In this document: positions 1 through 9,225 of the stretch, piece after piece | How positions within the stretch are numbered: the first letter of the stretch is position 1 | Layout: each line of letters opens with the position of its first letter | Assembly (NCBI GenBank): GCA_036012755.1 | Contig: DASCPX010000112.1 | Location: 26,436 to 90,435, forward strand | Reading direction: 5' to 3' | Length of the DNA stretch: 64,000 bases | DNA from: Myxococcota bacterium | Lineage (GTDB): Bacteria > Myxococcota_A > UBA796 > CAJQPC01 | Position numbers and translations under genes: made by a program | Notes under the pieces: generated by a model | What the model was told of the DNA's origin: nothing | What the model saw: only the letters and a program-made list of their open reading frames with translations | The model's database searches: none

Positions 1-2
1 TA

Positions 3-1145
3 CCCAACGACTCCGCCGACCGGATCAGCCACGTGCGGGCTCTCCGGGCGGAGTTCCGTCCGGATCGTGTCGTGTCGGCGGGACCCTACGAGCCGGCTCG
101 GGTGGCGGCGCTGAGTGTCGGCGACGAGCCCCTGTTCGTGGACGTCCCGGGTGACCCCTTCGCAGAGGCCCAGGCGAAGTCGGCCCACGCGGGCGAGGGC
201 GACCACACCGGCGCGATGCGTGAAGCCTGGCTCCCGGCGCTGTGCCGTGCGGACGCTTTCGCCACCATCAGCCGCAGCCAGCGGGCGGCGCTGCTCGGAC
301 AGCTGGGCCTGTTGGGGCGCCTGGGCGTCGAGCCGGCGGACCACCGCTGGGTGGAGGTGGTCCCGGCCATCTACGACTTCGGCGGGCTCTCCGGCGGCCA
401 GCCGCGGTCCTGGAAGGAGAAGGGGGAGCTCGTGGTCGCCATCTGCGGCGGCTACAACACCTGGCTCGACACGGACACCTTGCTCGACGGGCTGCTCCTG
501 GCGATGGAGGAGGTCCCGGCGCTCCGCGTCATCTCGACCGGGGGCGGCATCGCGGGCCACCACACCAGCTCCTACGATGCCTTCCGAGACCGGGCCCTGG
601 CATCACCCCACGGCCGGCGGTTCACCTTCCATGGCTGGGTCCCGCACCAGGTCCTGCCCGGGCTCCTCAGCGCCGCGCACATCGGCGTGACCCTGGACCG
701 CCCTGGCGCGGAGGCGGAGCTCGGGACCCGCACGCGGGTGTTGTTCTACGGACACCGGGGGCTCGGCGTGTTCGCCACGCCTCGGAGCGACCTGACGCGG
801 GAGCTGGCGGGGATCCGTATGATCCAGGCCATCGCCCCAGGAGACCCGGAGCACCTCGCCAGGATGCTGGGGCGAGCTTGGGAGGAAGGCAGCGACGGCA
901 CACGCCAGGCCAGGCTCCAGGGCTACCTCACGAGCCGTTACAGCGCCGAAGTCGTACTGCGGGGACTGCTCCAGTGGATCGAAGAGGCCCAGCGGACCAC
1001 CCCGGCAGAGGACATGGGCGCCGCCCTCGTCCGCCAGGTCACGGCCCTGCGGGCAGAGCTCGCCGCGGTGCACCAGAGCCCCACGTGGAGGGCGTCTTCG
1101 CAGGCCCGACGGATGCTGGGTCGGCTCTTCGGTGACGAGACGTAA
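3..1145 (+). CDS. Glycosyltransferase (GT-B/GT4-like), 5' end probably outside the window
   Basis: Frame is open from base 3. GT-B-like segments (ADAFATIS, FTFHGWVP...LLSAAHIG). C-terminal coiled coil plus SPTWR motif as seen in glycan-locus proteins. Confidence 0.6.
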   Translation, partial: PNDSADRISHVRALRAEFRPDRVVSAGPYEPARVAALSVGDEPLFVDVPGDPFAEAQAKSAHAGEGDHTGAMREAWLPALCRADAFATISRSQRAALLGQLGLLGRLGVEPADHRWVEVVPAIYDFGGLSGGQPRSWKEKGELVVAICGGYNTWLDTDTLLDGLLLAMEEVPALRVISTGGGIAGHHTSSYDAFRDRALASPHGRRFTFHGWVPHQVLPGLLSAAHIGVTLDRPGAEAELGTRTRVLFYGHRGLGVFATPRSDLTRELAGIRMIQAIAPGDPEHLARMLGRAWEEGSDGTRQARLQGYLTSRYSAEVVLRGLLQWIEEAQRTTPAEDMGAALVRQVTALRAELAAVHQSPTWRASSQARRMLGRLFGDET

Positions 1146-1208
1146 GCCAACTGTCACTTGTTATCTATGCAGGCAGGTGCATAGTCATGCAGCCGCATCG
1201 AGGTCCGC

Positions 1209-1652
1209 GTGCTGGAGCTTCGCAAACCCAAGGTCACCGACGTCGCCGCGATGCAGGCCTTGATGGCGCCTCACGTCCTCGCCGAGTCCCTGCTCCCACG
1301 CACGCGGCTGAGCATCGTGAAGGGGCTCCGCGACTACACCCTGGCCGAGGACGGGGGCGACCTGGTCGGGCTCGCCAGCGTGAGCCTGGTCGATGTCCAC
1401 CTCGCCGAGATCGGGGCGGTCGTGTGCGAGAACCCCGAGCTGTTGGAAGAGCTCCTCGGCGCCGTCCTCGACGAGGCCCGGGCCATGGGCGTCGAGCGGG
1501 TGTTCATCCTCGCGAGGGATCCAGCTCCATACGAGGCGGTGGGCTTCGCACGGACGGACATCGAGACGCTCCCCGAGAAGCGCGACCGCCAGTGTCTGCG
1601 CTGTCTGCGCCAGCCGCGGTGTCGGCAGGTGGCGCTGCTCAGGCAGGTCTAG
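1209..1652 (+). CDS. GNAT N-acetyltransferase (short ArgA-like)
   Basis: LLPR motif, LAEIGAVV, ARAMGVERVFILA, LPEK followed by a Cys cluster; GAGGT upstream of the GTG. Confidence 0.7.
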   Translation: MLELRKPKVTDVAAMQALMAPHVLAESLLPRTRLSIVKGLRDYTLAEDGGDLVGLASVSLVDVHLAEIGAVVCENPELLEELLGAVLDEARAMGVERVFILARDPAPYEAVGFARTDIETLPEKRDRQCLRCLRQPRCRQVALLRQV

Positions 1653-3130
1653 AACAGCGGCTCACCAGGCTCTCTGGGGTCCTTGTGGGCCCCCCGGACC
1701 TCCAGTTCCTCGACCTGTGCCCTTGGAGGAGGCGGCCCGGCCGGCGCTCCGCGCTCGGCGACGTAGTAGCGGCTCGCGAAGTAGCGGACCGTGTCGTCAT
1801 CCCCGGGCACGAGGCGGACGTAGTTCCAGCCGTTCTGGAGGAAGAAGAACTCGTCCCGACCATCCTGGTACATGCGGTACCAGGTGTCGGTTCCGTCCAC
1901 GAAGCGGACGTAGAGGTACGGGTCAGTGGCCCCGAGGCTGAGCTCCACGGTGCCGACACCGTCGCTGTCTTCGTAGGTGCCCTCGTACTTCGTCCAGCCG
2001 TCGGGGTCGGTGCGCACCTCCTCCGGATCGGGCTCGTCGAGCTCCCCGAGGAAGAGCTCGATCGCGCTGTGGGCGAGTCCGTATGGGTTCCACGTGCCGG
2101 AGTTGGCGACGACCACGACGCCGAAGTCCTCTTCGGGGACCATGAGCACGTAGCTGCGGTGGCCGCCGCCGGAGCCACCGTGGCCGACCAGCTGCACGTC
2201 GCCCTCTGACCACGCGAAGTAGCCGTAGCCAGCCGAGCTCAGCGACGCGGTGTAGGTGGGGTGCTGGGCGTGCATGCCCACCCAGACGCCGGCGTCGACG
2301 AGGTCCCCGGCGAGCTGGGCCTCGACGCTGTGGGCGAGGTCCTCGACGCTTCCGTGGAGCCAGCCCGCGGGCCGCAGCCAGGGGCAGTCGTTGAGGTCGG
2401 GGGTGTAGTAGGCGCCGTTGCTGTAGCCGATGCTGTAGGGGTGTTGCGTGACCTCGGCGACGTCGAAGGTCGCGGTCTCCATGCCCGCGGGGTCGATGAC
2501 CCAGGCACGCATGAGCTCGGTGAACTCGGTGCCGCTGGCGGACTCCAGCACCGCGCCTGCCAGTGACCACCCGACGTTGGAGTAGTTGTAGAGCGTGCCA
2601 GGCTCGGCGTGCAGGGCCTCTGCGGAGTCGGTCCAGTGTTCTGAGAGGCTGGGGCTGCAGCTGGTGTCCCACCAGTCGGGCAGCGCCGTGGTGTGGGTCA
2701 TCGCCTGGTGCAGGGTCAGGTCGTCGGGCGACCAGTCCCCGTCGATGGATGCCTCTGGAAGGTAGGTGCTGACCGGCTCCTCGAGGTCCACGATCCCCTC
2801 CTTGGCGAGCTGCATGGCCGCCAGGGCGACGTGCATCTTGGACACCGAGTTCCAGCGCATGACCGTGTCGGTCGTCAGCGGGATGTCCGAGCCGTAGGTC
2901 GCGTCGCCGAGCGCCGCGGCGTAGGCGAGCCTGCCATCGAGCACGACGGCAAAGGCCACCCCCGGGGGCCCGTCGTGGGTGTAGCGGTCGACGGCCTCGT
3001 CGAGCAGCGCCTCCCAGGCGATCTCGTCCTCGTCCACCCCGGTGTCGTGGACGTGATCCGGCTCGTGCTCGTGGACGAGTTGATCCGAGATGTCGTGCTC
3101 GTGGGAACAGGCAAGCGAAAGGGCGATCAT
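1649..3130 (-). CDS. Serine hydrolase (beta-lactamase family) lipoprotein
   Basis: SVSK (SxxK), YSN (YxN) and HGG motifs; N-terminus MIALSLAC followed by a His/Asp-rich tether. Confidence 0.85.
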   Translation of the reverse strand: MIALSLACSHEHDISDQLVHEHEPDHVHDTGVDEDEIAWEALLDEAVDRYTHDGPPGVAFAVVLDGRLAYAAALGDATYGSDIPLTTDTVMRWNSVSKMHVALAAMQLAKEGIVDLEEPVSTYLPEASIDGDWSPDDLTLHQAMTHTTALPDWWDTSCSPSLSEHWTDSAEALHAEPGTLYNYSNVGWSLAGAVLESASGTEFTELMRAWVIDPAGMETATFDVAEVTQHPYSIGYSNGAYYTPDLNDCPWLRPAGWLHGSVEDLAHSVEAQLAGDLVDAGVWVGMHAQHPTYTASLSSAGYGYFAWSEGDVQLVGHGGSGGGHRSYVLMVPEEDFGVVVVANSGTWNPYGLAHSAIELFLGELDEPDPEEVRTDPDGWTKYEGTYEDSDGVGTVELSLGATDPYLYVRFVDGTDTWYRMYQDGRDEFFFLQNGWNYVRLVPGDDDTVRYFASRYYVAERGAPAGPPPPRAQVEELEVRGAHKDPREPGEPLF

Positions 3131-3152
3131 GAAGCACTCTCCGGGCGGGAGC

Positions 3153-4223
3153 TTATCCGCGTTGGCGGCGCTTCTTGTAGACCACCGCCAGGACCTTGGC
3201 GACCGGGGCGAAGAGCTCCTCCGGGATCATCTCGCCGACCTTGCCCGCGGCGTACAGTGCTCGCGCCAGGGGGCGGTTCTCGATGCGGATGATGTCGTTC
3301 TGTCGGGCCTCACGGCGGATCCTCAGCGCCATGTGGTCCACACCCATGGCCAGGATGATCGGTGCCGGAGCTTCGCCCTTGCGGTAGCGCAGGGCGACGG
3401 CGTAGTGGGTGGGGTTCGTGACGACGAGGTCGGCCTCCCTCACCCGGGCCAGCCCCATCCCCATGGCGACGAGGCGCTGGCGGCTCCGGCGAGCGGCCTT
3501 CATCAGCGGGTCGCCTTCCTGCTGCTTGCGCTCCTCCTTCAGCTCGTGGTCGGTCATCATGAGGTCGTCGTTGAGCTTCCAGTGGTTGTAGGCGTAGTCC
3601 GCCACCGCGATGACGAGCATCAGCGGTACGCTGTAGAGCACCAGGTCGAAGCCCAGGTCCACCAGCGTGCTGATCTGCTGGTCCGCCGGAAGCACCGCCA
3701 TCGCCGGCAGCTCGAGGATGCGGTCTCGCATCCCGAAGGCCACGACCCCCGCCAGCGCGGCCAGCTTGGAGACCCCCTTGGCGAGCTCCATCAACGGAGT
3801 CCAGGAGAAGAACTTCTGCTTGGCGCCTGCGATGGGGTCCAGTCGCTCGGGCTTTGGCTCCAGGGCCTTTGGCGCCAGCCGGAAGCGTGTCTGGGCGAGG
3901 CCGACCGCGAGCACGCCCACGCAGATCGAGCCCAGCGGGACCGCCACGGCGATCGCGGCGGCCTTGACGCTTCGGTCCAACAGCAGCGTCGCGAGGCCGA
4001 GGTCCATGCTCTGGGGCCCGCCGAAGCTCCAGCACCACTGCATGAGCTCGCTCAGGGCCTCGGCAGCCGGGCCGAAGCCGTAGGCCAGGGCCACGGCCCC
4101 GCAGATCAGCACCGTCGCGGAGGACAGCTCCTGCGAGCGGACGATCTGCCCCTTCTCCGAGGCATCCTCGAGGCGTTTTTCGGTGGGTTGGTGTTTCTTT
4201 TCCTGGCCGGAGTCATCCGCCAT
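3153..4223 (-). CDS. flhB: Flagellar export protein FlhB
   Basis: EKKHQPTEKRLEDASEKGQIVRSQEL, EGDP and NPTH autocleavage motif, ENRPLARALY. Confidence 0.97.
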   Translation of the reverse strand: MADDSGQEKKHQPTEKRLEDASEKGQIVRSQELSSATVLICGAVALAYGFGPAAEALSELMQWCWSFGGPQSMDLGLATLLLDRSVKAAAIAVAVPLGSICVGVLAVGLAQTRFRLAPKALEPKPERLDPIAGAKQKFFSWTPLMELAKGVSKLAALAGVVAFGMRDRILELPAMAVLPADQQISTLVDLGFDLVLYSVPLMLVIAVADYAYNHWKLNDDLMMTDHELKEERKQQEGDPLMKAARRSRQRLVAMGMGLARVREADLVVTNPTHYAVALRYRKGEAPAPIILAMGVDHMALRIRREARQNDIIRIENRPLARALYAAGKVGEMIPEELFAPVAKVLAVVYKKRRQRG

Positions 4224-4974
4224 TGACGGCCTCCAGCACGCGGAGCATCCACGCCAGCCCTGTCTCGAGCAGGGTGAGATGCCCGGTGAGCATCCAGGGC
4301 AGCGCCGCTGCGTACAGCCCCAGGCCGGCCGCGGCCGTGAGCACGGTGCCGACCGAGAAGTAGACGTTCATGCGCGGAGCCAGCCGTGTGAGCACGGCGA
4401 TGAAGACGTTGACCAGCCAGACCAGGGCGAGCACCGGCCCGGCGAGCGAGACGCCGGTCGCGATGGCCAGGCCCACGACCTCGACCACCACGGGCCCTGC
4501 CAACGCCAGCTCGACGGCGCCGCCCGGGGGTACCAGGGCGAAGCTCCCGCCAAGGATCTCGAGGCAGTGGAGGTGGAGGCCCGTGCCCAGGAAGACCAGG
4601 CCGGCCAGCCAGGACGCCAGCGTCCCCAGGGCGCCGCTGGAGATCTTCAGGAAGGGGTTGAAGAGCGCCGCCATGCCGAAGCCGATCTGGATGCCCATCA
4701 GCTCGCAGCCGAGGGCGATGGAGCCAAACAGCGCCGAGACGACGCTCCCCATCAACAGCCCGAGGACGAGCTCTGTGGCCACGCCGACCATCAAGACGCC
4801 GACGCTCGGGGGGATCTCCGCGTAGGGCAGGGCCGGCGCCAGCACCATCGTCAGCGCTCCGGCCCCGAGGACCGCGATGTAGCGAGGCACACCCTGGGCC
4901 GAGACGACCGGCAGGCTCAGGAAGAGCCCACCGAGGCGAGCGAAGACGAGCATCCCTGAGAGCCAGAGGCCCAC
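4213..4974 (-). CDS. fliR: Flagellar export gate protein FliR
   Basis: Polytopic membrane protein with GIQIGFGMA and RLAPRMNVY; lies between fliQ and flhB. Confidence 0.93.
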   Translation of the reverse strand: MGLWLSGMLVFARLGGLFLSLPVVSAQGVPRYIAVLGAGALTMVLAPALPYAEIPPSVGVLMVGVATELVLGLLMGSVVSALFGSIALGCELMGIQIGFGMAALFNPFLKISSGALGTLASWLAGLVFLGTGLHLHCLEILGGSFALVPPGGAVELALAGPVVVEVVGLAIATGVSLAGPVLALVWLVNVFIAVLTRLAPRMNVYFSVGTVLTAAAGLGLYAAALPWMLTGHLTLLETGLAWMLRVLEAVNGG

Positions 4975-4982
4975 GACGGATC

Positions 4983-5249
4983 CTACTGGGCCGCTGCGAT
5001 CGACTCGAACATCTCAGTTCCGAATCCAACCGCGATCTGGAGCATCCAGGCCCCGACCAGGAAGAGGACGACGAAGACTCCGACCATCTTCGGCACGAAG
5101 ACCAGCGTGATCTCCTGGATCTGTGTCACCGACTGGATGACGGACACCATCGTCCCGATGACCAGGGCCGTCAGCAAGAGCGGGCCCCCGAGTCGGAGCA
5201 CGGTCCAGATGGCGTTCTGCCCGTAGAAGACGACCTCGTCGAAGCTCAT
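4983..5249 (-). CDS. fliQ: Flagellar export gate protein FliQ
   Basis: 88 aa with VSVIQSVTQIQEITLVFVPK signature. Confidence 0.96.
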   Translation of the reverse strand: MSFDEVVFYGQNAIWTVLRLGGPLLLTALVIGTMVSVIQSVTQIQEITLVFVPKMVGVFVVLFLVGAWMLQIAVGFGTEMFESIAAAQ

Positions 5250-6022
5250 TGGAAACTCAGGACCATGTTTGTGACCAACAGACCCCAGCCGTCCATCAGC
5301 ACGAAGACGAGGAGCTTGAAGGGCAGCGAGATGACCACCGGGGGCAGGACCATCATGCCCATGCCGAGCAAGACGCTCGCGACGACCAGGTCGATGACCA
5401 GGAAGGGGATGTAGACCTTGACCGCGATGATGAAGGCGGTCTCGAGCTCGGAGAGGATGTAGGCGCTGACGACCACCGGCGAGGGGATGTCGTCGAGGGA
5501 CTCCGGACGGTCGATCCGCGCGATGTTCAGCACGGTCACCATCTCTTCCGTCTGCGTGTTCGCCAGCATGAATTCGCGCATGGGCTTCATCGCCGTGTCG
5601 ATGGCGTCGCCGGTCTCCATCTGCCCCGCCATGTAGGGGTCGACCGCCGTCTCGTTGATCTCCTTGACCTGCGGCGCCATCACCAGGAGCGACAGGAACA
5701 GGGCGAGCCCGACGAGCACCTGGTTCGGCGGGGTCTGCTGGAGACCGAGGGCCTGGCGCAGCAGCGAGAAGACGATGATGAAGCGGGTGAAGGGTGTCAT
5801 CACCAAGATGACCGCCGGCAGGAAGGACAGGGCCGTGAGCAGGACGATGATGCGCACCGCCTGGGAGGTGTCCTGACCACCGCTGAGCAGGCCGCTGGCC
5901 ATCTCGACCGACTCCACGACCGCGGCGTCGGGAGCAGCGAGATCCTGGGCGAAGACGATCCCCGGGAACATCATCAGCAGGAGGATGCCGAGGAGCGCGG
6001 TCGCGGCGATGAGGTGCCTCAT
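5246..6022 (-). CDS. fliP: Flagellar export gate protein FliP
   Basis: FTRFIIVFSLLRQALGLQQTPPNQVL and LGMGMMVLPPVVISLPFKLLVFVLMDGW. Confidence 0.97.
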   Translation of the reverse strand: MRHLIAATALLGILLLMMFPGIVFAQDLAAPDAAVVESVEMASGLLSGGQDTSQAVRIIVLLTALSFLPAVILVMTPFTRFIIVFSLLRQALGLQQTPPNQVLVGLALFLSLLVMAPQVKEINETAVDPYMAGQMETGDAIDTAMKPMREFMLANTQTEEMVTVLNIARIDRPESLDDIPSPVVVSAYILSELETAFIIAVKVYIPFLVIDLVVASVLLGMGMMVLPPVVISLPFKLLVFVLMDGWGLLVTNMVLSFQ

Positions 6023-6741
6023 CCGGCCTTGGCCTCCCAGACCTGGCGGCCGCAGAGGACCTCGTCGACGAGGCTCAGGTGGTCCTGCAAGGCGTTGCGC
6101 GGAGCTGGTGTCTTCTCCCAGCGCGAGAACCCGGGCAGCGGGCTCGCGTCGATCGGCGCCAGGTCCGCGTCCGTGAAGCGGCCCACGAGCGCCCGCTTGG
6201 GAGCGCTCGGCACCTCTGGGAGTGTCTCGACCACTGGAGGCAGGACTGCCTCCTGCTCGAGGCAGGTCTCGGTGACCTCTGTGATCTCGGCGAAGCCCGG
6301 GATGTCACCGCCGAGGTCGGCCACCAGCGTCGGTGAGCCCTGCGCGGAGACGCCGACGAGCAAGCGGCGTGAGCCACCATCGCCGGTCTGGCACTCCAGG
6401 AGCACGAGCCCGGCCTGGTGGCCGACGCCGTGACGGGCGATGACCTCCAGCTGCGCGCCCTCCTTGGCCTTCTTCGTCAGCTTGGCGGTGAGCTTCTTCC
6501 GCGCCGCGAAGGCGACGCCGAGGAGCAGGAATCCGCCGACCCAGGCCCAACTGGTGTCGATGCCGGAGGCGGAGGAGGTCGCGCTGGGGGTCTCATCGAG
6601 GAACGAGTCCAACAGAGCCTGCTCCGCGGCCGCGTCCTCGGCCACGAGCGCCGGGTTGATGACGACGGGCTCCTCGACGACGGACTCGCCGTAGGGCTCC
6701 GGGTCCTGGGCGAGCGCCAGGGTGGTGAGCAGGGTCAGCAT
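6019..6741 (-). CDS. fliO: FliO-like protein
   Basis: Position between fliN and fliP; one TM helix followed by LEVIARHGVG...LVLLEC...RLLVGVS beta-domain; short N-terminal signal. Confidence 0.7.
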   Translation of the reverse strand: MLTLLTTLALAQDPEPYGESVVEEPVVINPALVAEDAAAEQALLDSFLDETPSATSSASGIDTSWAWVGGFLLLGVAFAARKKLTAKLTKKAKEGAQLEVIARHGVGHQAGLVLLECQTGDGGSRRLLVGVSAQGSPTLVADLGGDIPGFAEITEVTETCLEQEAVLPPVVETLPEVPSAPKRALVGRFTDADLAPIDASPLPGFSRWEKTPAPRNALQDHLSLVDEVLCGRQVWEAKAG

Positions 6742-7040
6742 CAGCCGGTCTCCGCGAGCACCGGGCCCGCCGTCTCGGACTCGCGGCTCTGGCCGACGAG
6801 CTCGGTGATGCGCAAGGCCAGCCGGTCACCGACCATGACGACCTCGCCACGGGCGTAGACGCGATCCCCGACCACGATGTCCAGCGGATGATCCGCCGGA
6901 CGCTCGAGCTCCAGGACCTCGTCGGTGCCGAGCTCGGCGAGCTCGCGAACGGTCAAGCGTGCCCTACCCAGCTCGACGACCACCTCGACGGGGATATCGT
7001 GGAGGAATGCGATGTCCTCCGGGAACCTGCGCTGCGACAT
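6741..7040 (-). CDS. fliN: Flagellar motor switch protein FliN
   Basis: DIPVEVVVELGR...ARGEVVMVG...ALRITE SpoA domain. Confidence 0.92.
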   Translation of the reverse strand: MSQRRFPEDIAFLHDIPVEVVVELGRARLTVRELAELGTDEVLELERPADHPLDIVVGDRVYARGEVVMVGDRLALRITELVGQSRESETAGPVLAETG

Positions 7041-7078
7041 GAGGTCTCTCCTGTGGACCTCGCATCGGACAGCGGTGG

Positions 7079-7969
7079 CTAAGTTTGAGTCGAATTCACC
7101 TGGCCGATCCTCCGGACGATCCGCACGGAGTGACTCCCGGCCCGCTTTCCAGGCTCACCGACGAAAAGGTCCTTTCCGTTGACGTGCACCTTGACGCTCT
7201 GGCGGCTGCCGAGGTCGATGGTGGAGCCGACTTCGAGGCCCCGGAGATCCGCCAGCGTCAGGCGCGTCCGGGCCAGCTCTGCGACCGCTTCGAGCTCGAC
7301 CGGCATCAGCCGTCCGGCGTCGTAGCGGCGCTTGCGGGTCTCTTCGTTGATCGCCTGGATCCGGGGCACACGAAGGTCACGGGCCGCTTCGGCCGGGATG
7401 GCGACGATCATCAGCCCATAGGGCGCGTCGGGCGCGCCGAAGTCCAGGGATGCCGCCACGACCGATGTCGTCTGCGACAGGCCTCGCGCCAGGCGCGGGT
7501 TCGGCCCCAGGGACTCGATGTCGAGCTGGGGCCGGGGGCTCTTGGGCCACGCTCCGGCCAGGCTGGCGAGCACGTCCTCGCAGACGCGCTGGCAGAACCG
7601 ACTCTCGACCGAGGTCACGGGGCGCACCCGGTAGGGAGGGGGCTCGAGCTCCGGATCCTCTCCGAGCAGGACGCCAACGAGGCGCGCGAGCAGCCGACCC
7701 TGAACGACCAGCAGGCCAGGTAGCCCGAGGGGGTTGAAGCGGAAGAGGCCGAAGACGCCCCCGTCGCGGGCGTCGGTGTCCTGCACGATCCGCCCGACGG
7801 TGGTCACCTGGGCGACGCCAAGGCGAACCGGGATGTCTGCCCCGGCGCGGTTCACCAGCCGAGTGCGCACGTCGCGTGCTGCTGCGCGGAACAGATCCTC
7901 CAGCGCCGGGAGTGTGCTCGAGGCTTCCCGGTCCGGGTGGACCAGCGGGTTCTGGGTTGCAGGATCCAT
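7079..7969 (-). CDS. fliM: Flagellar motor switch protein FliM (N-terminally short)
   Basis: FliM middle domain (LVGVLLG...RPVTSVE) plus C-terminal SpoA domain (LRGLEVGSTIDL...GEPG); synteny fliL-fliM-fliN. Confidence 0.8.
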   Translation of the reverse strand: MDPATQNPLVHPDREASSTLPALEDLFRAAARDVRTRLVNRAGADIPVRLGVAQVTTVGRIVQDTDARDGGVFGLFRFNPLGLPGLLVVQGRLLARLVGVLLGEDPELEPPPYRVRPVTSVESRFCQRVCEDVLASLAGAWPKSPRPQLDIESLGPNPRLARGLSQTTSVVAASLDFGAPDAPYGLMIVAIPAEAARDLRVPRIQAINEETRKRRYDAGRLMPVELEAVAELARTRLTLADLRGLEVGSTIDLGSRQSVKVHVNGKDLFVGEPGKRAGSHSVRIVRRIGQVNSTQT

Positions 7970-8491
7970 CTACTGGACGACGAACTCGGTGAAGTAGACC
8001 CGCTCGATGCGGCCCTCCGCCGGGAGCAGGGTGTTGACGCGGCCGAGCAGCTCGTCGCGCAGGCGTGTCTTGCCGTCGAGGCCCTCTACGTCCGCGTAGC
8101 TGTAGTCGCTCGCCAGGGTGATCACGGCGTCGCGCAGCTGGGCGGTGTTCTCCTCGACCGTGGGCAGCGCCGTGTCATCGGTCTCGACCTGGACCTCCAT
8201 GCGCAGGACGCGCCCACCCCCGCTCCCGCGGAGGTTGACGGTGAAGTTGCCCAGGCTGTGGACCACGCGGGTGGACTCCGGCTCCTCGGCCTCGCCCTCT
8301 GCGGGGACACAGTCCTCGTCGCCCTCCTCGCACTCGATCTCGGCGGCTCCAGCGTCCTCGGATGCCAGGACCATGCTGGCGCCGAAGCCGGCACCTCCGC
8401 CTAGGATGAAGGCCGCTGCACCTGCGAGGATGAGCGGGAGTTTGGACTTCCTGGGGGCGTCCTCGACTTCCTCGATCTCTTCTGCGGACAT
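7970..8491 (-). CDS. fliL: Flagellar basal body-associated protein FliL
   Basis: N-terminal TM, FTVNL, LRDAVI, GKTRLRDEL, VYFTEFVVQ. Confidence 0.95.
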   Translation of the reverse strand: MSAEEIEEVEDAPRKSKLPLILAGAAAFILGGGAGFGASMVLASEDAGAAEIECEEGDEDCVPAEGEAEEPESTRVVHSLGNFTVNLRGSGGGRVLRMEVQVETDDTALPTVEENTAQLRDAVITLASDYSYADVEGLDGKTRLRDELLGRVNTLLPAEGRIERVYFTEFVVQ

Positions 8492-9225
8492 CAGGGGTCT
8501 CCGTGGTGGAGTGTCTCGATGGCACCAACGGTCGCGCTGTCCTCTGACTTGAGGACGAGTTCGACGCGGCGATTCCAGCGCGCGTCTTCGCCGAAGGTGG
8601 ATGCGGGGCGGAACTCGCCGTAGGCGTCGGCCTCGAGCCGGTCGCCGGGCACGGGGCCTCGCTCGCGCATGGCGGTCACGACCGCCAGGGCGCGCTCGGA
8701 GCTCACACGCCAGTTCTCCAGCTCGGATCCGCTGGAGTCCGTGTGACCCTCGACCCGGACCTCGACCTCGTGCTCGGCGGCGATGGTGGCGACATCGCTG
8801 ATGAGGGCGTACGCGGCGGGGTGGAGGTCGGTGGAGCCCGGCTCGAAGAGCACGCGATCGTCGAGGCGAACCCTGATCTCCTGCTCGTTGCTCACCATGC
8901 GGATGAGGTCGTCGGAGATGTGCTTCTCGAAGGCCTGGCGGAGGCGGGCCTCTGTGGGGCTGACCGTCTCCTGTCGCCGCGCAGGCGCGGTCGTGTAGAG
9001 CTCCTCGATGTGGGTCGCGAGGAGCTCGCTGTCGAAGCCGTTGACGCCGAGGGCGGACCTGATGGAGGTCAGCACTGCCTCGACCTTCGTCGGGTCGTCG
9101 AAGTTGGCCATGGACAGAAGCAGCACGAAGAAGGTCAGCAGCAGCGTGACCATGTCCGAGAAGGTGGCCATCCAGAGGGGAAGCCCGCCTCCTCCCTCCT
9201 CGGCCTTTTTCCTCTTGCGGGCCAT
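8491..9225 (-). CDS. motB: Stator protein MotB/PomB
   Basis: ATG overlaps the motA stop (TGATG); WMATFSDMVTLLLTFFVLLLSM TM; OmpA-like domain (VEGHTD, NW.VSSERA, NRRVE). Confidence 0.95.
   Translation of the reverse strand: MARKRKKAEEGGGGLPLWMATFSDMVTLLLTFFVLLLSMANFDDPTKVEAVLTSIRSALGVNGFDSELLATHIEELYTTAPARRQETVSPTEARLRQAFEKHISDDLIRMVSNEQEIRVRLDDRVLFEPGSTDLHPAAYALISDVATIAAEHEVEVRVEGHTDSSGSELENWRVSSERALAVVTAMRERGPVPGDRLEADAYGEFRPASTFGEDARWNRRVELVLKSEDSATVGAIETLHHGDP

Noticed and set aside
3153..7969. Injectisome-type T3SS interpretation of the export genes
   Set aside because: Linked motAB, fliL, flgE and flgD identify a flagellar system.
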